In this document: positions 51,314-59,788 of the stretch, in pieces
Layout of the letters: each line of letters begins with the position of its first letter
How positions within the stretch are numbered: position 1 is the first letter of the stretch
IMG/VR virus record: IMGVR_UViG_3300017991_000004
Location: 1-64,000 of that record
Source: a virus
Length of the DNA: 64,000 nucleotides
Direction: 5' to 3' (one strand)
Notes under the pieces: model-generated
The model's database searches: none
Seen by the model: only the letters and a program-made list of their open reading frames with translations
Told to the model about the DNA's origin: nothing
Position numbers and translations under genes: made by a program

Positions 51314-53143
51314 CTATTTGATTTTCTTCAGAAACTCCTCCGGGGTCCAGATTTCATAGCCCTTCTGTTTTGCTGTCTTCGCCTTGCCCGAGTTGCTCGA
51401 TGGGTCGGCGATGACCAGCACGTTCGTCAAATCCTTGCGCCAGGTAATCTCGGCACCTGCCTCGGCCGCCTGCGCCTCAAGGACTGTTCGCTTGTGAACC
51501 ATCTTGCCCGTGAACTTGATGCCCATCCCTGACAGCGGTGCACCCTTCTTCACCTTCTTGGGCTTGGCGACAGTGATGTGAAACAGCAGTTCAGTAATGT
51601 CTTCTTTCCAAGTGAACATTCCGTCTGTTATCCGGCGCGCCAACTCAGTCGAAAATCCTGGCAGGTCAAGAAGGTCGTCCGTTTCGAGCAGGAGCAGTTT
51701 CTCCGGCGTATCGAAACCCGCCCGCATGAGCGCCTGAAATCTTCGCGTTCCGACATTGGGAATAAACGCAGCGAATACTCTGTCGAGCGGTATGTTGTCC
51801 TTCTTGGCTTGCAGTTCTCTGAAAACCTTGGCCCCGTTCTTGCCTAAGACAATTTCGTATTCATCCTTCTCCAGGTCATAGAAGTCTGCGGGTGTATTGA
51901 ATTTAGCTTCCTTGATTAACTTGTCGATGTTCGACGGCCCTAATCCCTTGATGTCGATAAGCCTGACCCAGTGCTGCAATAATCCCTTCCTCTTCTCGGG
52001 ACATTTCTCGTTAAGACACATCAGGTACGCCCCGACTGTTTCCAATCCCGACGCACACGCCGGGCACTTCTTTGGCTTGCGAAGAACCTTGCCTTTGCGG
52101 AGGACTTCCTCGACAGCGGGAATAACGTCACCCCTCCGGCTCACCTTGACGGTCGACTTTTCACCGATACCCATTTCCTTCATCCAGCCAAAATTGTTGC
52201 CGGTCGCCTTGCTCACCGTGACACCTGCGACGGTGACGGGCCGTACCCACACGACTGGATTGACGCGCCCGGTTCTGCTCGCCTCCCAGGTGATTTTCTT
52301 CACCGTCGTCCTGACTACATCGGGAGGGAACTTGAAGGCAATCTGGTTGCTCGGGCGCATGGGGTCGCCTTCGGGCCTGGCGCTGGTCTTGTCGATAGCG
52401 ACCACCACACCGTCGCACTCATGGGCGTAGTCGGCTCGACCTGCTTCCCATTCCTTATATGTCTCAAATATCATCTGCCCGGAGTTGCACTTCTTGGCGC
52501 GAACGGTCGTCAATCCCAATCGCCGCATTTCCGTGAACATTGCGGAGAACGACTTGAACTTCTTGCCATTGGTCATGCGAAAGAAAATAACCTCGAGGTC
52601 TTCCGCTCCCTCTCCGCTGTGGCGGCGCATGGTGCCGGAGGTAGTGTTGCGCGGATTGGCGTAGTCAGCGGCATACTTCTCTGCAAATACGTCTTTCCGC
52701 AACATCGCTTCTCCCCGGAGAAAACCTGTAAAGCCTTTGATAGTCTTTTTGACATTCTGCATCAGTCGAGCGTTGGCGGTGATGTCTTCCCCCTTCATGC
52801 CGTTGCCTCGGGTCAAGGCTCGCACCAGCTTGCCGTTCTTGTATTCGAGACCGATGGAGCACCCGTCGAGCTTGTCCATGACCACTACTGGCCATGCGTT
52901 GTCCAGCCAGGCTCGCAGTTCCGCCATATCGTCAACCTTGCCCAGGCTGCCCATCGGTATCTTGTGTGGCATGACTGCTCCCTTCGGCTTGGCACCGACC
53001 TCGGTGAGGACTTTACTCTTGGGTTTGATTTTGCGAAGCCTATCTACCAAGTTGTCGAACGTGAAGTCCGACATGATTGGCTCGTCGTTGTAGTAGGCTT
53101 CGCGGGCTTCGCGGATTTTCCTCTCTAAGTCTTTTGCGGACAT
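51314..53143 (-). CDS. ligA: NAD-dependent DNA ligase
   Basis: YYNDEPIMSD, KLDG active site, LTRGNG..GEDIT, RGE, DGVV, AFKF, RTG, GDVIP, CPAC zinc finger, HhH, BRCT; start at MSAKDL. Confidence 0.95.
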   Translation of the reverse strand: MSAKDLERKIREAREAYYNDEPIMSDFTFDNLVDRLRKIKPKSKVLTEVGAKPKGAVMPHKIPMGSLGKVDDMAELRAWLDNAWPVVVMDKLDGCSIGLEYKNGKLVRALTRGNGMKGEDITANARLMQNVKKTIKGFTGFLRGEAMLRKDVFAEKYAADYANPRNTTSGTMRRHSGEGAEDLEVIFFRMTNGKKFKSFSAMFTEMRRLGLTTVRAKKCNSGQMIFETYKEWEAGRADYAHECDGVVVAIDKTSARPEGDPMRPSNQIAFKFPPDVVRTTVKKITWEASRTGRVNPVVWVRPVTVAGVTVSKATGNNFGWMKEMGIGEKSTVKVSRRGDVIPAVEEVLRKGKVLRKPKKCPACASGLETVGAYLMCLNEKCPEKRKGLLQHWVRLIDIKGLGPSNIDKLIKEAKFNTPADFYDLEKDEYEIVLGKNGAKVFRELQAKKDNIPLDRVFAAFIPNVGTRRFQALMRAGFDTPEKLLLLETDDLLDLPGFSTELARRITDGMFTWKEDITELLFHITVAKPKKVKKGAPLSGMGIKFTGKMVHKRTVLEAQAAEAGAEITWRKDLTNVLVIADPSSNSGKAKTAKQKGYEIWTPEEFLKKIK

Positions 53144-53325
53144 GACTCCCTCCTCACGAAAAGAACGCTGCCGCCCTGCGTTGACTTCAGGAGACCCCTG
53201 ACGGTGTAGCGGGTAAGGCAGAGTTGGCAAAGGGATATGGGCTTGTCCGACTTGGCTTCCCAGGTATCGTAGAGTGCCTTTGCAGAGCAGCCGACTCCTT
53301 CGCAGTTGGGTTGTTCTTCTGGCAT
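53125..53325 (-). CDS. Small Cys-containing hypothetical protein
   Basis: GGAGGAAGTCATG start; CxxxxC/CxxC. Confidence 0.55.
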   Translation of the reverse strand: MPEEQPNCEGVGCSAKALYDTWEAKSDKPISLCQLCLTRYTVRGLLKSTQGGSVLFVRRESCPQKT

Positions 53326-53336
53326 GACTTCCTCCT

Positions 53337-53528
53337 TCAGACCAGGCGGGCGACGGTGTGCCCGATGACCGGCGATTCGCCGATGTAGACACTGCCTTTG
53401 TCAATCGTCGTCCACGCGCCGGTAGCCCATTCGATGTAGTCCCCTTCCCGCACCGTATCGGTGCCAGTGAGAACTCGGATTTTCTTCCCTTCCCTTTCCG
53501 CCTTCAGGTTCAGTTGTTTTTCTGTCAT
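53337..53528 (-). CDS. Hypothetical protein
   Basis: ATGA-coupled start MTEKQL. Confidence 0.55.
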   Translation of the reverse strand: MTEKQLNLKAEREGKKIRVLTGTDTVREGDYIEWATGAWTTIDKGSVYIGESPVIGHTVARLV

Positions 53529-53788
53529 TCTTTCCTCCTGTCGCTTCTCTTCCGCCACGCACAATCCAGACAATGGATGGTAGACCTGCCACAGTCGATG
53601 CACTCCTTCGCTATGTCGCTCGGTAGAATCTCCTCGACCGTCACAGCGTAAGCCGTCTTGCCTTTCTCCCGTAGAACCTGCGCCCGCCCCAACGCCTCAC
53701 GTTTCGCGCCGGGAAACTTGTCCGGGTTCTTGCCGGTCCAGACATCCAACTGACCAGCGACTACTACGGTGACATATTTGTTTCGCAT
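53525..53788 (-). CDS. Hypothetical protein with CxxC..CxxC motif
   Basis: GAGGAG RBS. Confidence 0.6.
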   Translation of the reverse strand: MRNKYVTVVVAGQLDVWTGKNPDKFPGAKREALGRAQVLREKGKTAYAVTVEEILPSDIAKECIDCGRSTIHCLDCAWRKRSDRRKE

Positions 53789-53790
53789 GG

Positions 53791-54081
53791 TTACTCCTCG
53801 CCCGGCGGGGCTTCCATGAACCAGAAGTCAGCCAGCATCCAACACTCGCCTCCGACTTCTTCCTTGTCGTTCTCGAACGCGGACGCGACTTCGATGTTGT
53901 CGTCGAGTTCCCACGACGGTTCCGACAGCTCCGGCCGCTGCTCCTCGCGCCAAGGCAGGCCGATTTTGTCCGCCTTCACCTTCTCCTCTACGGCGTCAAG
54001 AATCTGACTGAAGTGCTTCTGGATAAGCTCCCTCAACCAGGTATGCTTGTCGCTGTGGTAAATTTCGATAGACGACTTCAT
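53791..54081 (-). CDS. Hypothetical protein
   Basis: ATGA coupling with the upstream gene. Confidence 0.6.
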   Translation of the reverse strand: MKSSIEIYHSDKHTWLRELIQKHFSQILDAVEEKVKADKIGLPWREEQRPELSEPSWELDDNIEVASAFENDKEEVGGECWMLADFWFMEAPPGEE

Positions 54082-54458
54082 GCCTTTGTTCCTCTCAACT
54101 GCTCACATACGTCCTCATAACTGCCAATCAAACCCATCAGCCAAAACGGCAAAGAGTTTTCGTCCTCTCTTTCCGGCGCATACCAGCCCGCTTCCTGAAG
54201 AAGTTCCCGCACTCGACGATTCTCTTCGTGAACCTTCTTGTACTCCCTGTTAAGTCGCGCCAGTTGCTTCTGGTAGGCACGGTCATGGTCTTGCATGATT
54301 TCCGTTCCTCGTTGGTCTGACGTGCGGCTATCAACAAGTTTTTCTGCAAGCGTAGTTATTACTTCACTGTCGGTCTTCCCGCTTGCCCGCAACTCTGCAA
54401 CCTCACGTTCAACGCGGAGTTTGTTTTGGTGTTTTGCCTGCTCGTACCTATCGAGCAT
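54078..54458 (-). CDS. Hypothetical coiled-coil protein
   Basis: GGAGGAAGTCATG start. Confidence 0.65.
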   Translation of the reverse strand: MLDRYEQAKHQNKLRVEREVAELRASGKTDSEVITTLAEKLVDSRTSDQRGTEIMQDHDRAYQKQLARLNREYKKVHEENRRVRELLQEAGWYAPEREDENSLPFWLMGLIGSYEDVCEQLRGTKA

Positions 54459-54467
54459 GACTTCCTC

Positions 54468-54917
54468 CTACTTGCCTGCCAAGTAATTGTTGATATGCTG
54501 GATGGGCCTTTTCAGGTCCTTCAGATTCTCCAGCGCCCAATCCCGCATAGCCGTCGCTTCCTTGCCTGCATCGTTGTGGCCGCCGCCTTCCCAGAACTCG
54601 GCTTGCAGTTTTTTCGGTAGTGGTGTGGCCTTGTGCCAGATGTGCTCCACGACCTTTCGCGGGAGGTCTTCCAGGTCGAGGCTCACTGGCAAACCGTCAC
54701 CCCCGTAGGTACCGGAGAGTACAATGTTGAATCCGGCGAGGCGAACCTGGCCCATCATGAAGTGACCTAGTTGCTTCAGGTGCACCTTGCGAACGCAGGC
54801 GCGAAGGGGAGGTCTGAGTCCCTTGTAACCCGGCTCGTCGAATACAATGAGAAACTGCCCGCTGGCCTTTTGCTGACCGTCGCGGGTGTACCCGCTCTTG
54901 GCGTCCTTGATGAACAT
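54468..54917 (-). CDS. Hypothetical protein
   Basis: ORF tiles the operon; GGGHN.AG motif. Confidence 0.6.
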   Translation of the reverse strand: MFIKDAKSGYTRDGQQKASGQFLIVFDEPGYKGLRPPLRACVRKVHLKQLGHFMMGQVRLAGFNIVLSGTYGGDGLPVSLDLEDLPRKVVEHIWHKATPLPKKLQAEFWEGGGHNDAGKEATAMRDWALENLKDLKRPIQHINNYLAGK

Positions 54918-54920
54918 CGG

Positions 54921-55277
54921 CTACCCCCTTTTCTCCTTGGCGAAGGCTTCCTTGAACGCCTTCTCCGGGTCGCCCCCATATTGCTCGATGGTGATGTGGT
55001 CGGTCGCCTGCTGGCGAAACGACGGCAGCCCTCCGTTGGGCCTGCGTTCCATCGGAGCGTCGTGCTCCTGGTCGTCTTCCTCCGCGACGAATCGCGCAGG
55101 CATGAAGGATGTGTCGCCCAGGCGCGAACTGTCGAGCGTTTGGTTTTCGTAAACGACGACACCGCCCCGCTCGGTCAGCCACTTCGGAGCAAGGCGCTCC
55201 AACTGCTCGTAGGCTTCAGCACCTACTATCCAGGGGCGCCGGTCTTGCCGGATGGGATACTGTTGGTTTTCTCTCAC
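54921..55277 (-). CDS. Hypothetical protein
   Basis: GGAGGAAGTCGTG start. Confidence 0.6.
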   Translation of the reverse strand: MRENQQYPIRQDRRPWIVGAEAYEQLERLAPKWLTERGGVVVYENQTLDSSRLGDTSFMPARFVAEEDDQEHDAPMERRPNGGLPSFRQQATDHITIEQYGGDPEKAFKEAFAKEKRG

Positions 55278-55293
55278 GACTTCCTCCTTTCAG

Positions 55294-55311
55294 TCTGCTG
55301 GTACCAGCAGA
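55294..55311. repeat. 18-bp palindrome
   Basis: Exact copy between a stop codon and the next RBS. Confidence 0.95.
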
Positions 55312-55313
55312 TG

Positions 55314-55895
55314 CTACTTGCCGAACTTGCTTTTCTTCTCCGTCCCCTCCGACGGGTTCTCCAGCGAGGCCGCCTTGTCCTCCTCGGACTCTTCTTCCTT
55401 CTTCTTGGCGGCCTCCTTCGCCTCCTGCTCCTTGCGCTCCTTCTCGGCGAGTTCGGCGAGCGGTTCCTTCACCTTGGGGCGGTAGTGGTCGGCGAGCAGT
55501 TCGCCCAGACGCATTTCCCACGCACTCCAGCCCGGCGTGTTCTCGTAGTCGCCCCTCCACCCGTCCGGGCGCGGGTCCCCGGTGAGCAGGTGGACGGCTT
55601 CGGCGATGACGATTCGCCTCCGGGTACCGTCCCACTGGGAGACGATGTTTTTCGGTATCTCCCCAATGAGCGATATGACGAGCAGTTCCCGGTTGGTCGG
55701 CTTGTGCGGTTCGGGGTCGCCCTTCTTCTTGGCGAAAGGCATCGTCGCCGTCTCGACGGGAAGTTCGGTTTTCAACTCCTCGACCTCTTCCACCCCCGTA
55801 GCTTTCGGCTTCGGCCCTGCCTCGTTCTTCGGCTGCGGTTTTTTCGGCGCAGCCTTCTTGGTTGCCTTCTTCCCGTTCTTCTTTTTCTTCGCCAT
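55314..55895 (-). CDS. Hypothetical protein with Lys/Ala-rich N-terminal tail
   Basis: MAKKKKNGKKATKKAAPKK; GAGGAG RBS. Confidence 0.65.
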   Translation of the reverse strand: MAKKKKNGKKATKKAAPKKPQPKNEAGPKPKATGVEEVEELKTELPVETATMPFAKKKGDPEPHKPTNRELLVISLIGEIPKNIVSQWDGTRRRIVIAEAVHLLTGDPRPDGWRGDYENTPGWSAWEMRLGELLADHYRPKVKEPLAELAEKERKEQEAKEAAKKKEEESEEDKAASLENPSEGTEKKSKFGK

Positions 55896-55919
55896 AGCGT
55901 TCTCCTCTCAGAAAAGGGA

Positions 55920-56252
55920 TTACCATCTACGCAGTTCGTTGACGGTATCTTCCATCTTGACCATGCTGCCGCCGAGGTAGCTGTGGTCATTGTCCAGCGC
56001 CATCGCAATGTGCGCCAACCAGTAGCTCTTGGCTCGCTCGTAGACCCGCCCTCCGTGCTGCCGCAACAAATCCTCTGCCGCGCCCAGCGCCTCCTTGATG
56101 GTGACGAGGTGTTCTTCGAGTTCACAGGCCAATTCATCTGCCTCGTCCTTTGCGCAGTCAATACACAACTGCGAAGAAACACCTGTCTCCGTATTGCACC
56201 GCCTACACTTCATGACTTCCTTCTTCTGGTTGTTCTTCTTCTTCTTCGGCAT
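55920..56252 (-). CDS. Hypothetical zinc-finger-containing protein (alternative start 56213)
   Basis: CRRC..CIDC; AGGAG RBS. Confidence 0.6.
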   Translation of the reverse strand: MPKKKKNNQKKEVMKCRRCNTETGVSSQLCIDCAKDEADELACELEEHLVTIKEALGAAEDLLRQHGGRVYERAKSYWLAHIAMALDNDHSYLGGSMVKMEDTVNELRRW

Positions 56253-56270
56253 GGTTGTCTCCTTGCTTGG

Positions 56271-56498
56271 TTAAAGGGGTTCAGGGTCGAAAATGTACCG
56301 ACCATCCTTGATGGTCGTGACGTCCACCTTGGAGCACTTGGCGCAAAGGGAAATGGAGGTTCGCAGACCTTTGTGCTTTCCCTTGGTGATTATCACCCGA
56401 GGTATATAGACATTCATCAGTCCCTTGATACGACGGGAGCAGTTCTCGCAGTCCATCCCCGGATGGTTCATCGTCAATCTGGCTTTGCTAAAGTGCAT
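56271..56498 (-). CDS. Small zinc-ribbon protein
   Basis: CENC...CAKC; GGAGG RBS. Confidence 0.6.
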   Translation of the reverse strand: MHFSKARLTMNHPGMDCENCSRRIKGLMNVYIPRVIITKGKHKGLRTSISLCAKCSKVDVTTIKDGRYIFDPEPL

Positions 56499-56532
56499 GG
56501 CGTCCTCCTATCCGTTTCGGGAGAGCCCTCCC

Positions 56533-56910
56533 TTAATTGTTCTCGCGGTCCTTGACGATGACGATGGTGCTGCTGGGCATGAGCACCGACAGCGCGTCGT
56601 CGAACGCATCCTTGATTTCCGTCGGTACGAAACGGGTGCCGCCCTGGGGAAATCCGAACTTGCTGTTGCCCGTCGCGGTCTTGCCCCGGTCCACCAGGCG
56701 CAGGCGGACGTGCATCACGCCCTCGTCGTCAATGATGCCGACGTAAGGGCAGCCGTCCTCTTCCGGCTCCGGCAGGTGGACCTGGCCGTTGCTCTCCGGC
56801 TCGACCTTCTTGGCCTTCTTCGACTTCTTGGCCTTCTTCTTGGCGACCTTCTTGTTCGCCTTGGCCTTCTTGGTGGACTTCTTCGCGGTCTTTTTCTTCG
56901 ACTTCTTCAT
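56533..56910 (-). CDS. Histone H1-like Lys-rich N-terminus hypothetical protein
   Basis: MKKSKKKTAKKSTKKAKANKKVAKKKAKK; GGAGGAAGTCATG start. Confidence 0.65.
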   Translation of the reverse strand: MKKSKKKTAKKSTKKAKANKKVAKKKAKKSKKAKKVEPESNGQVHLPEPEEDGCPYVGIIDDEGVMHVRLRLVDRGKTATGNSKFGFPQGGTRFVPTEIKDAFDDALSVLMPSSTIVIVKDRENN

Positions 56911-56925
56911 GACTTCCTCCTGTTA

Positions 56926-56943
56926 TCTGCTGGTACCAGCAGA
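56926..56943. repeat. 18-bp palindrome
   Basis: Exact copy between the HNH stop and the next RBS. Confidence 0.95.
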
Positions 56944-56945
56944 CG

Positions 56946-57350
56946 TCAAACGGCGAAGTAGTTCTTGCACGACCAGTTCGTGCAAGTCAACCACCCGCCG
57001 ACCTCTTCTGCATACGCCATCTGCTCGCCGCACTCAGAACAAGCAGGGAGCGCCGTCGGCTTCCGGGGTTTCCTTTTCCCTTTCACCTTCTTTTCGGCAC
57101 GCTCCTTCAACTTGTGATGCCGCCGATGACACGACCGATGGGTGAGGATAAGGTTTTCGATGATGTTGTTCGAGCGGTCCTCGTCGCAGTGGTGGATGGT
57201 CAGCTTGTCCGGTTCGTGACCTTGCATCAGGTCGTTGACCGTGATGACCTCGTTGCAGAACGGGCACACCGGCTCGAACTTCATAACGAAATAACGCGCC
57301 AAATCCTTCAGGCGCGCAACCTTCGCGTAAGGGGAAACCCTTTTCGCCAT
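56946..57350 (-). CDS. HNH endonuclease
   Basis: CPFC...LTIHHCDEDRSNN..ENL.LTHRSCHRRHH plus C-terminal zinc ribbon. Confidence 0.8.
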   Translation of the reverse strand: MAKRVSPYAKVARLKDLARYFVMKFEPVCPFCNEVITVNDLMQGHEPDKLTIHHCDEDRSNNIIENLILTHRSCHRRHHKLKERAEKKVKGKRKPRKPTALPACSECGEQMAYAEEVGGWLTCTNWSCKNYFAV

Positions 57351-57382
57351 CGGTCGTATCTCCTACAGCAATCGCTTGCGGT

Positions 57383-57784
57383 CTAGACCAGCCCCACCGT
57401 CCGCAGAGCCTCCTTCTTCACGAAGTGCCCCTTGGCGTTGCGCCAGCGCCCGTTGATGTCCTGCTTCCACCCGAGTTCGGCGGCCTTGTCCCATGCCTGG
57501 TACTCCGGGGGCACGACTTCCACTTCCGGCTTGGGCTTGGGGGCGGGCTTCGGCTCCTCCTTCGGCTTCTGTGTGGCGAGCACCCGCTTGACTCCCGCCG
57601 CCGCGCGGAGCGAAGCGTTTCGCTTCCGCTGCTCCCGGCGCGTCAGCGGACGCCCCTCGTCGAGCTTCCGCTGGATGCGCGCCTTCAGTTCCTTCTTCCG
57701 GGCGCTGGTGCGAATGCCCTGTTCCCTCACGCCGCATCCGGCGCGGCGTCCTGCCTGACTCTTCTGGTTCTTCTCGGTCTGCAT
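57383..57784 (-). CDS. Basic hypothetical protein
   Basis: GGAGGAAGTCATG start; C-terminal RWRNAKGHFVK motif. Confidence 0.65.
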   Translation of the reverse strand: MQTEKNQKSQAGRRAGCGVREQGIRTSARKKELKARIQRKLDEGRPLTRREQRKRNASLRAAAGVKRVLATQKPKEEPKPAPKPKPEVEVVPPEYQAWDKAAELGWKQDINGRWRNAKGHFVKKEALRTVGLV

Positions 57785-57822
57785 GACTTCCTCCTAGATA
57801 AAAATGATGAAAGATTAAAGCT

Positions 57823-57836
57823 AATTATCATTATAT
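57823..57836 (-). promoter_or_regulatory. Leftward promoter -10 element ATATAATGATAATT
   Basis: Identical 14-mer in inverted orientation at 59093-59106; contains TATAAT. Confidence 0.6.
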
Positions 57837-57896
57837 AGATATACAGAACTAATGCTATACAAACGCAACCAAAAAACTAAAAACTTAGTAGAAAAG

Positions 57897-57914
57897 TCTG
57901 CTGGTACCAGCAGA
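57897..57914. repeat. 18-bp palindrome
   Basis: Exact copy in the intergenic control region. Confidence 0.95.
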
Positions 57915-58116
57915 CTGCAAAACCGCCGAAATCGCCTGCGTAGCAGGGGTTACGCGCCCTCTGAGCACAGCCGTTTTCGGCGGCGTAGAGGGGTAACACG
58001 GGGAGGATAGAACGGTCGGGGTTTGTGTACCGGCGGCGCAACGGGGCTATACTAGCCGAAATCGGGGAGTATTCGATACCCGCAGATAGCGGGTATGGAG
58101 CAGATACGGCGAAAGG

Positions 58117-58533
58117 TTACACCGGCTGGATTAGACTGATTTCCTCTGCCAGCAGAGTTCCTTCGGGGGCGCGGAGATACCGGACTCGCTCCTGGGACAT
58201 CGTGATACGTCCACCTACCGCGCGAAGAGTGCGCCAGAACTCGCGGAAAGCGTCAAGGTAGCCGATACCTCGAGTTCCTGCCTGAATAACCAGGCTGTCT
58301 TGCAGCACCGCAGTAGGCTGAGAGACGTTCTTGACTTCACATTCCCATATTTCCAGGTTGCCTGCGGAAGGTCCGATGAAGGCTTCTGCGGCCGCTTTTG
58401 TTTTGAAAAGAAAAAGGTTCCCTACCTGTGCCTGCACGAACTGTCCAGGCAGATATTCAACCTCAAACTGTCCGCCGCTGATTTGGGCGGAGTAGTATTG
58501 CCCGCCGACGTTTCTGACAACTTTGTAATACAT
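58117..58533 (-). CDS. Hypothetical protein
   Basis: TGATG-coupled start; YYKVVR...LFLFKT..AA..F...IWECEV. Confidence 0.65.
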   Translation of the reverse strand: MYYKVVRNVGGQYYSAQISGGQFEVEYLPGQFVQAQVGNLFLFKTKAAAEAFIGPSAGNLEIWECEVKNVSQPTAVLQDSLVIQAGTRGIGYLDAFREFWRTLRAVGGRITMSQERVRYLRAPEGTLLAEEISLIQPV

Positions 58534-58880
58534 CAGGAAGCCTTTCGTTTCGGGTAGTGCTTCGCCGCACGACTACCGGGAGCCATGAAGGTTGCGCGGA
58601 CGGCTTTTGGGGTAGCCTTCTTGGCGATAGTCGGAATCTTCTCTTTCCGCAGTTTGCAGAGTTCCCGAATCCTCCCCTTGAAGTAGAGGATGTGGTTCCT
58701 GACGATGTTCGCGTTGACTCCGTCAGGCCAGAAGGGGTCTGTTGTTCCCTTCTTCAGGATGTCTGCATGACGCCGGTGAGAGCGTTCCAGCTCCGCAGTG
58801 AGGTCTTGAATCTCCTTGTGGTAGCCGAACGGCTCCAGTTCCCCGAGTTCTTCGAGTTCGCGTAATAGTTTGGAACTCAT
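58533..58880 (-). CDS. Hypothetical protein
   Basis: AAGGA RBS; G..DPFWPDGVN.N.VRNHI.Y motif. Confidence 0.65.
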   Translation of the reverse strand: MSSKLLRELEELGELEPFGYHKEIQDLTAELERSHRRHADILKKGTTDPFWPDGVNANIVRNHILYFKGRIRELCKLRKEKIPTIAKKATPKAVRATFMAPGSRAAKHYPKRKAS

Positions 58881-58911
58881 TTGTCCGTCCTTTCATTCAC
58901 TAGCCGCGTCT

Positions 58912-58940
58912 ATCATACCCTTTTTACCGTCGTGTCGCAA
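58912..58940 (-). promoter_or_regulatory. sigma70-type promoter
   Basis: TTGCGA-17 nt-TATGAT upstream of 58880. Confidence 0.55.
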
Positions 58941-58996
58941 AACCCAGTCAAGTTTGTATATAGATATAATTATTATTCACCCGCAGGAACTTTCTG

Positions 58997-59020
58997 TTGA
59001 CCGCAATCGCTTGCGGTCAA
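58997..59020. repeat. Inverted repeat TTGACCGCAA-TCGC-TTGCGGTCAA containing motif GCAATCGCTTGC
   Basis: 10-bp arms; 2 bp from an 18-bp palindrome. Confidence 0.8.
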
Positions 59021-59022
59021 AG

Positions 59023-59040
59023 TCTGCTGGTACCAGCAGA
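59023..59040. repeat. 18-bp palindrome
   Basis: Exact copy at the divergence point. Confidence 0.95.
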
Positions 59041-59092
59041 TTTTTATTCCAAATTCCTCCCAAACTACCATCGCGTATTCACCGAAAGCGAA

Positions 59093-59106
59093 ATATAATG
59101 ATAATT
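59093..59106 (+). promoter_or_regulatory. Rightward promoter -10 element ATATAATGATAATT
   Basis: Twin of 57823-57836; 27 nt upstream of GGAGGAAGTCATG. Confidence 0.6.
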
Positions 59107-59143
59107 GTCATTACTGACCGCGATGGTAGCAAAGGAGGAAGTC

Positions 59144-59569
59144 ATGAAAAGGAAAGACGCAATTGTGCAACTTATCGGGCAGTTGTCCGGGCTGGACCCG
59201 GATGACGAACATTTCGAGGAGAAAGTAGAGCGCCTCGTTACTCTGGAAATGAACTTTCCGGGTACAGCAGAAAATATCTGCCGGATGGTGCGAGGAAAGA
59301 TTTTCCAGAAGTATCCCATCGACGAAGACATGATTGCACGGGCAGCCCAGTTGTGCGCGGTAGACAAATTGCACGCATCCGGGTTGTCTGACCTCTACAC
59401 CCCGGAGCTAGTGCAGATGGAAGTCGAATCAGAACACCGGTCGTGGGGAAGGATTCGTACCTTCGCTCCCCACTGCAAGGAAAGCCAGCACAAGTTCGCC
59501 CGCTTCCTGCGCACCGGCAAGTCATCCGACATGAAGAAAGTTATCACTGCTTGCAGATACAATCGGTAG
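59144..59569 (+). CDS. Hypothetical protein
   Basis: GGAGGAAGTCATG start (MKRKDA). Confidence 0.65.
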   Translation: MKRKDAIVQLIGQLSGLDPDDEHFEEKVERLVTLEMNFPGTAENICRMVRGKIFQKYPIDEDMIARAAQLCAVDKLHASGLSDLYTPELVQMEVESEHRSWGRIRTFAPHCKESQHKFARFLRTGKSSDMKKVITACRYNR

Positions 59570-59578
59570 GAGGCTCTA

Positions 59579-59788
59579 ATGGCTCAGTTGGTCACAACCG
59601 GCGAACGTCTCACCACCCTGTCGGTCAGTAAGGCCGTCGCAGATACCATCAACAAACGAAGCGGCGCCCTAACTATCGACAATTACCTCCGCAAGCTCCT
59701 CAAGATGCCGTTACGGGAGCGAAAGCGGGGACGGCCTCCTGTCGCTAAAAAGAAAAAGAAGACAGCCCGAAAGAAGGCTAAGAGGTAG
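59579..59788 (+). CDS. Small DNA-binding protein (ribbon-helix-helix-like + AT-hook RGRP + Lys tail)
   Basis: TTLSVSKAVADTI...IDNYLRKLL; KRGRPP. Confidence 0.55.
   Translation: MAQLVTTGERLTTLSVSKAVADTINKRSGALTIDNYLRKLLKMPLRERKRGRPPVAKKKKKTARKKAKR

Noticed and set aside
53144-53404. 87-aa N-terminal extension of the ligase in the ORF track (similar extensions at 50911, 26274, 27774, 33920)
   Set aside because: Better RBS-supported downstream starts exist, and most of the extensions overlap neighbouring genes.
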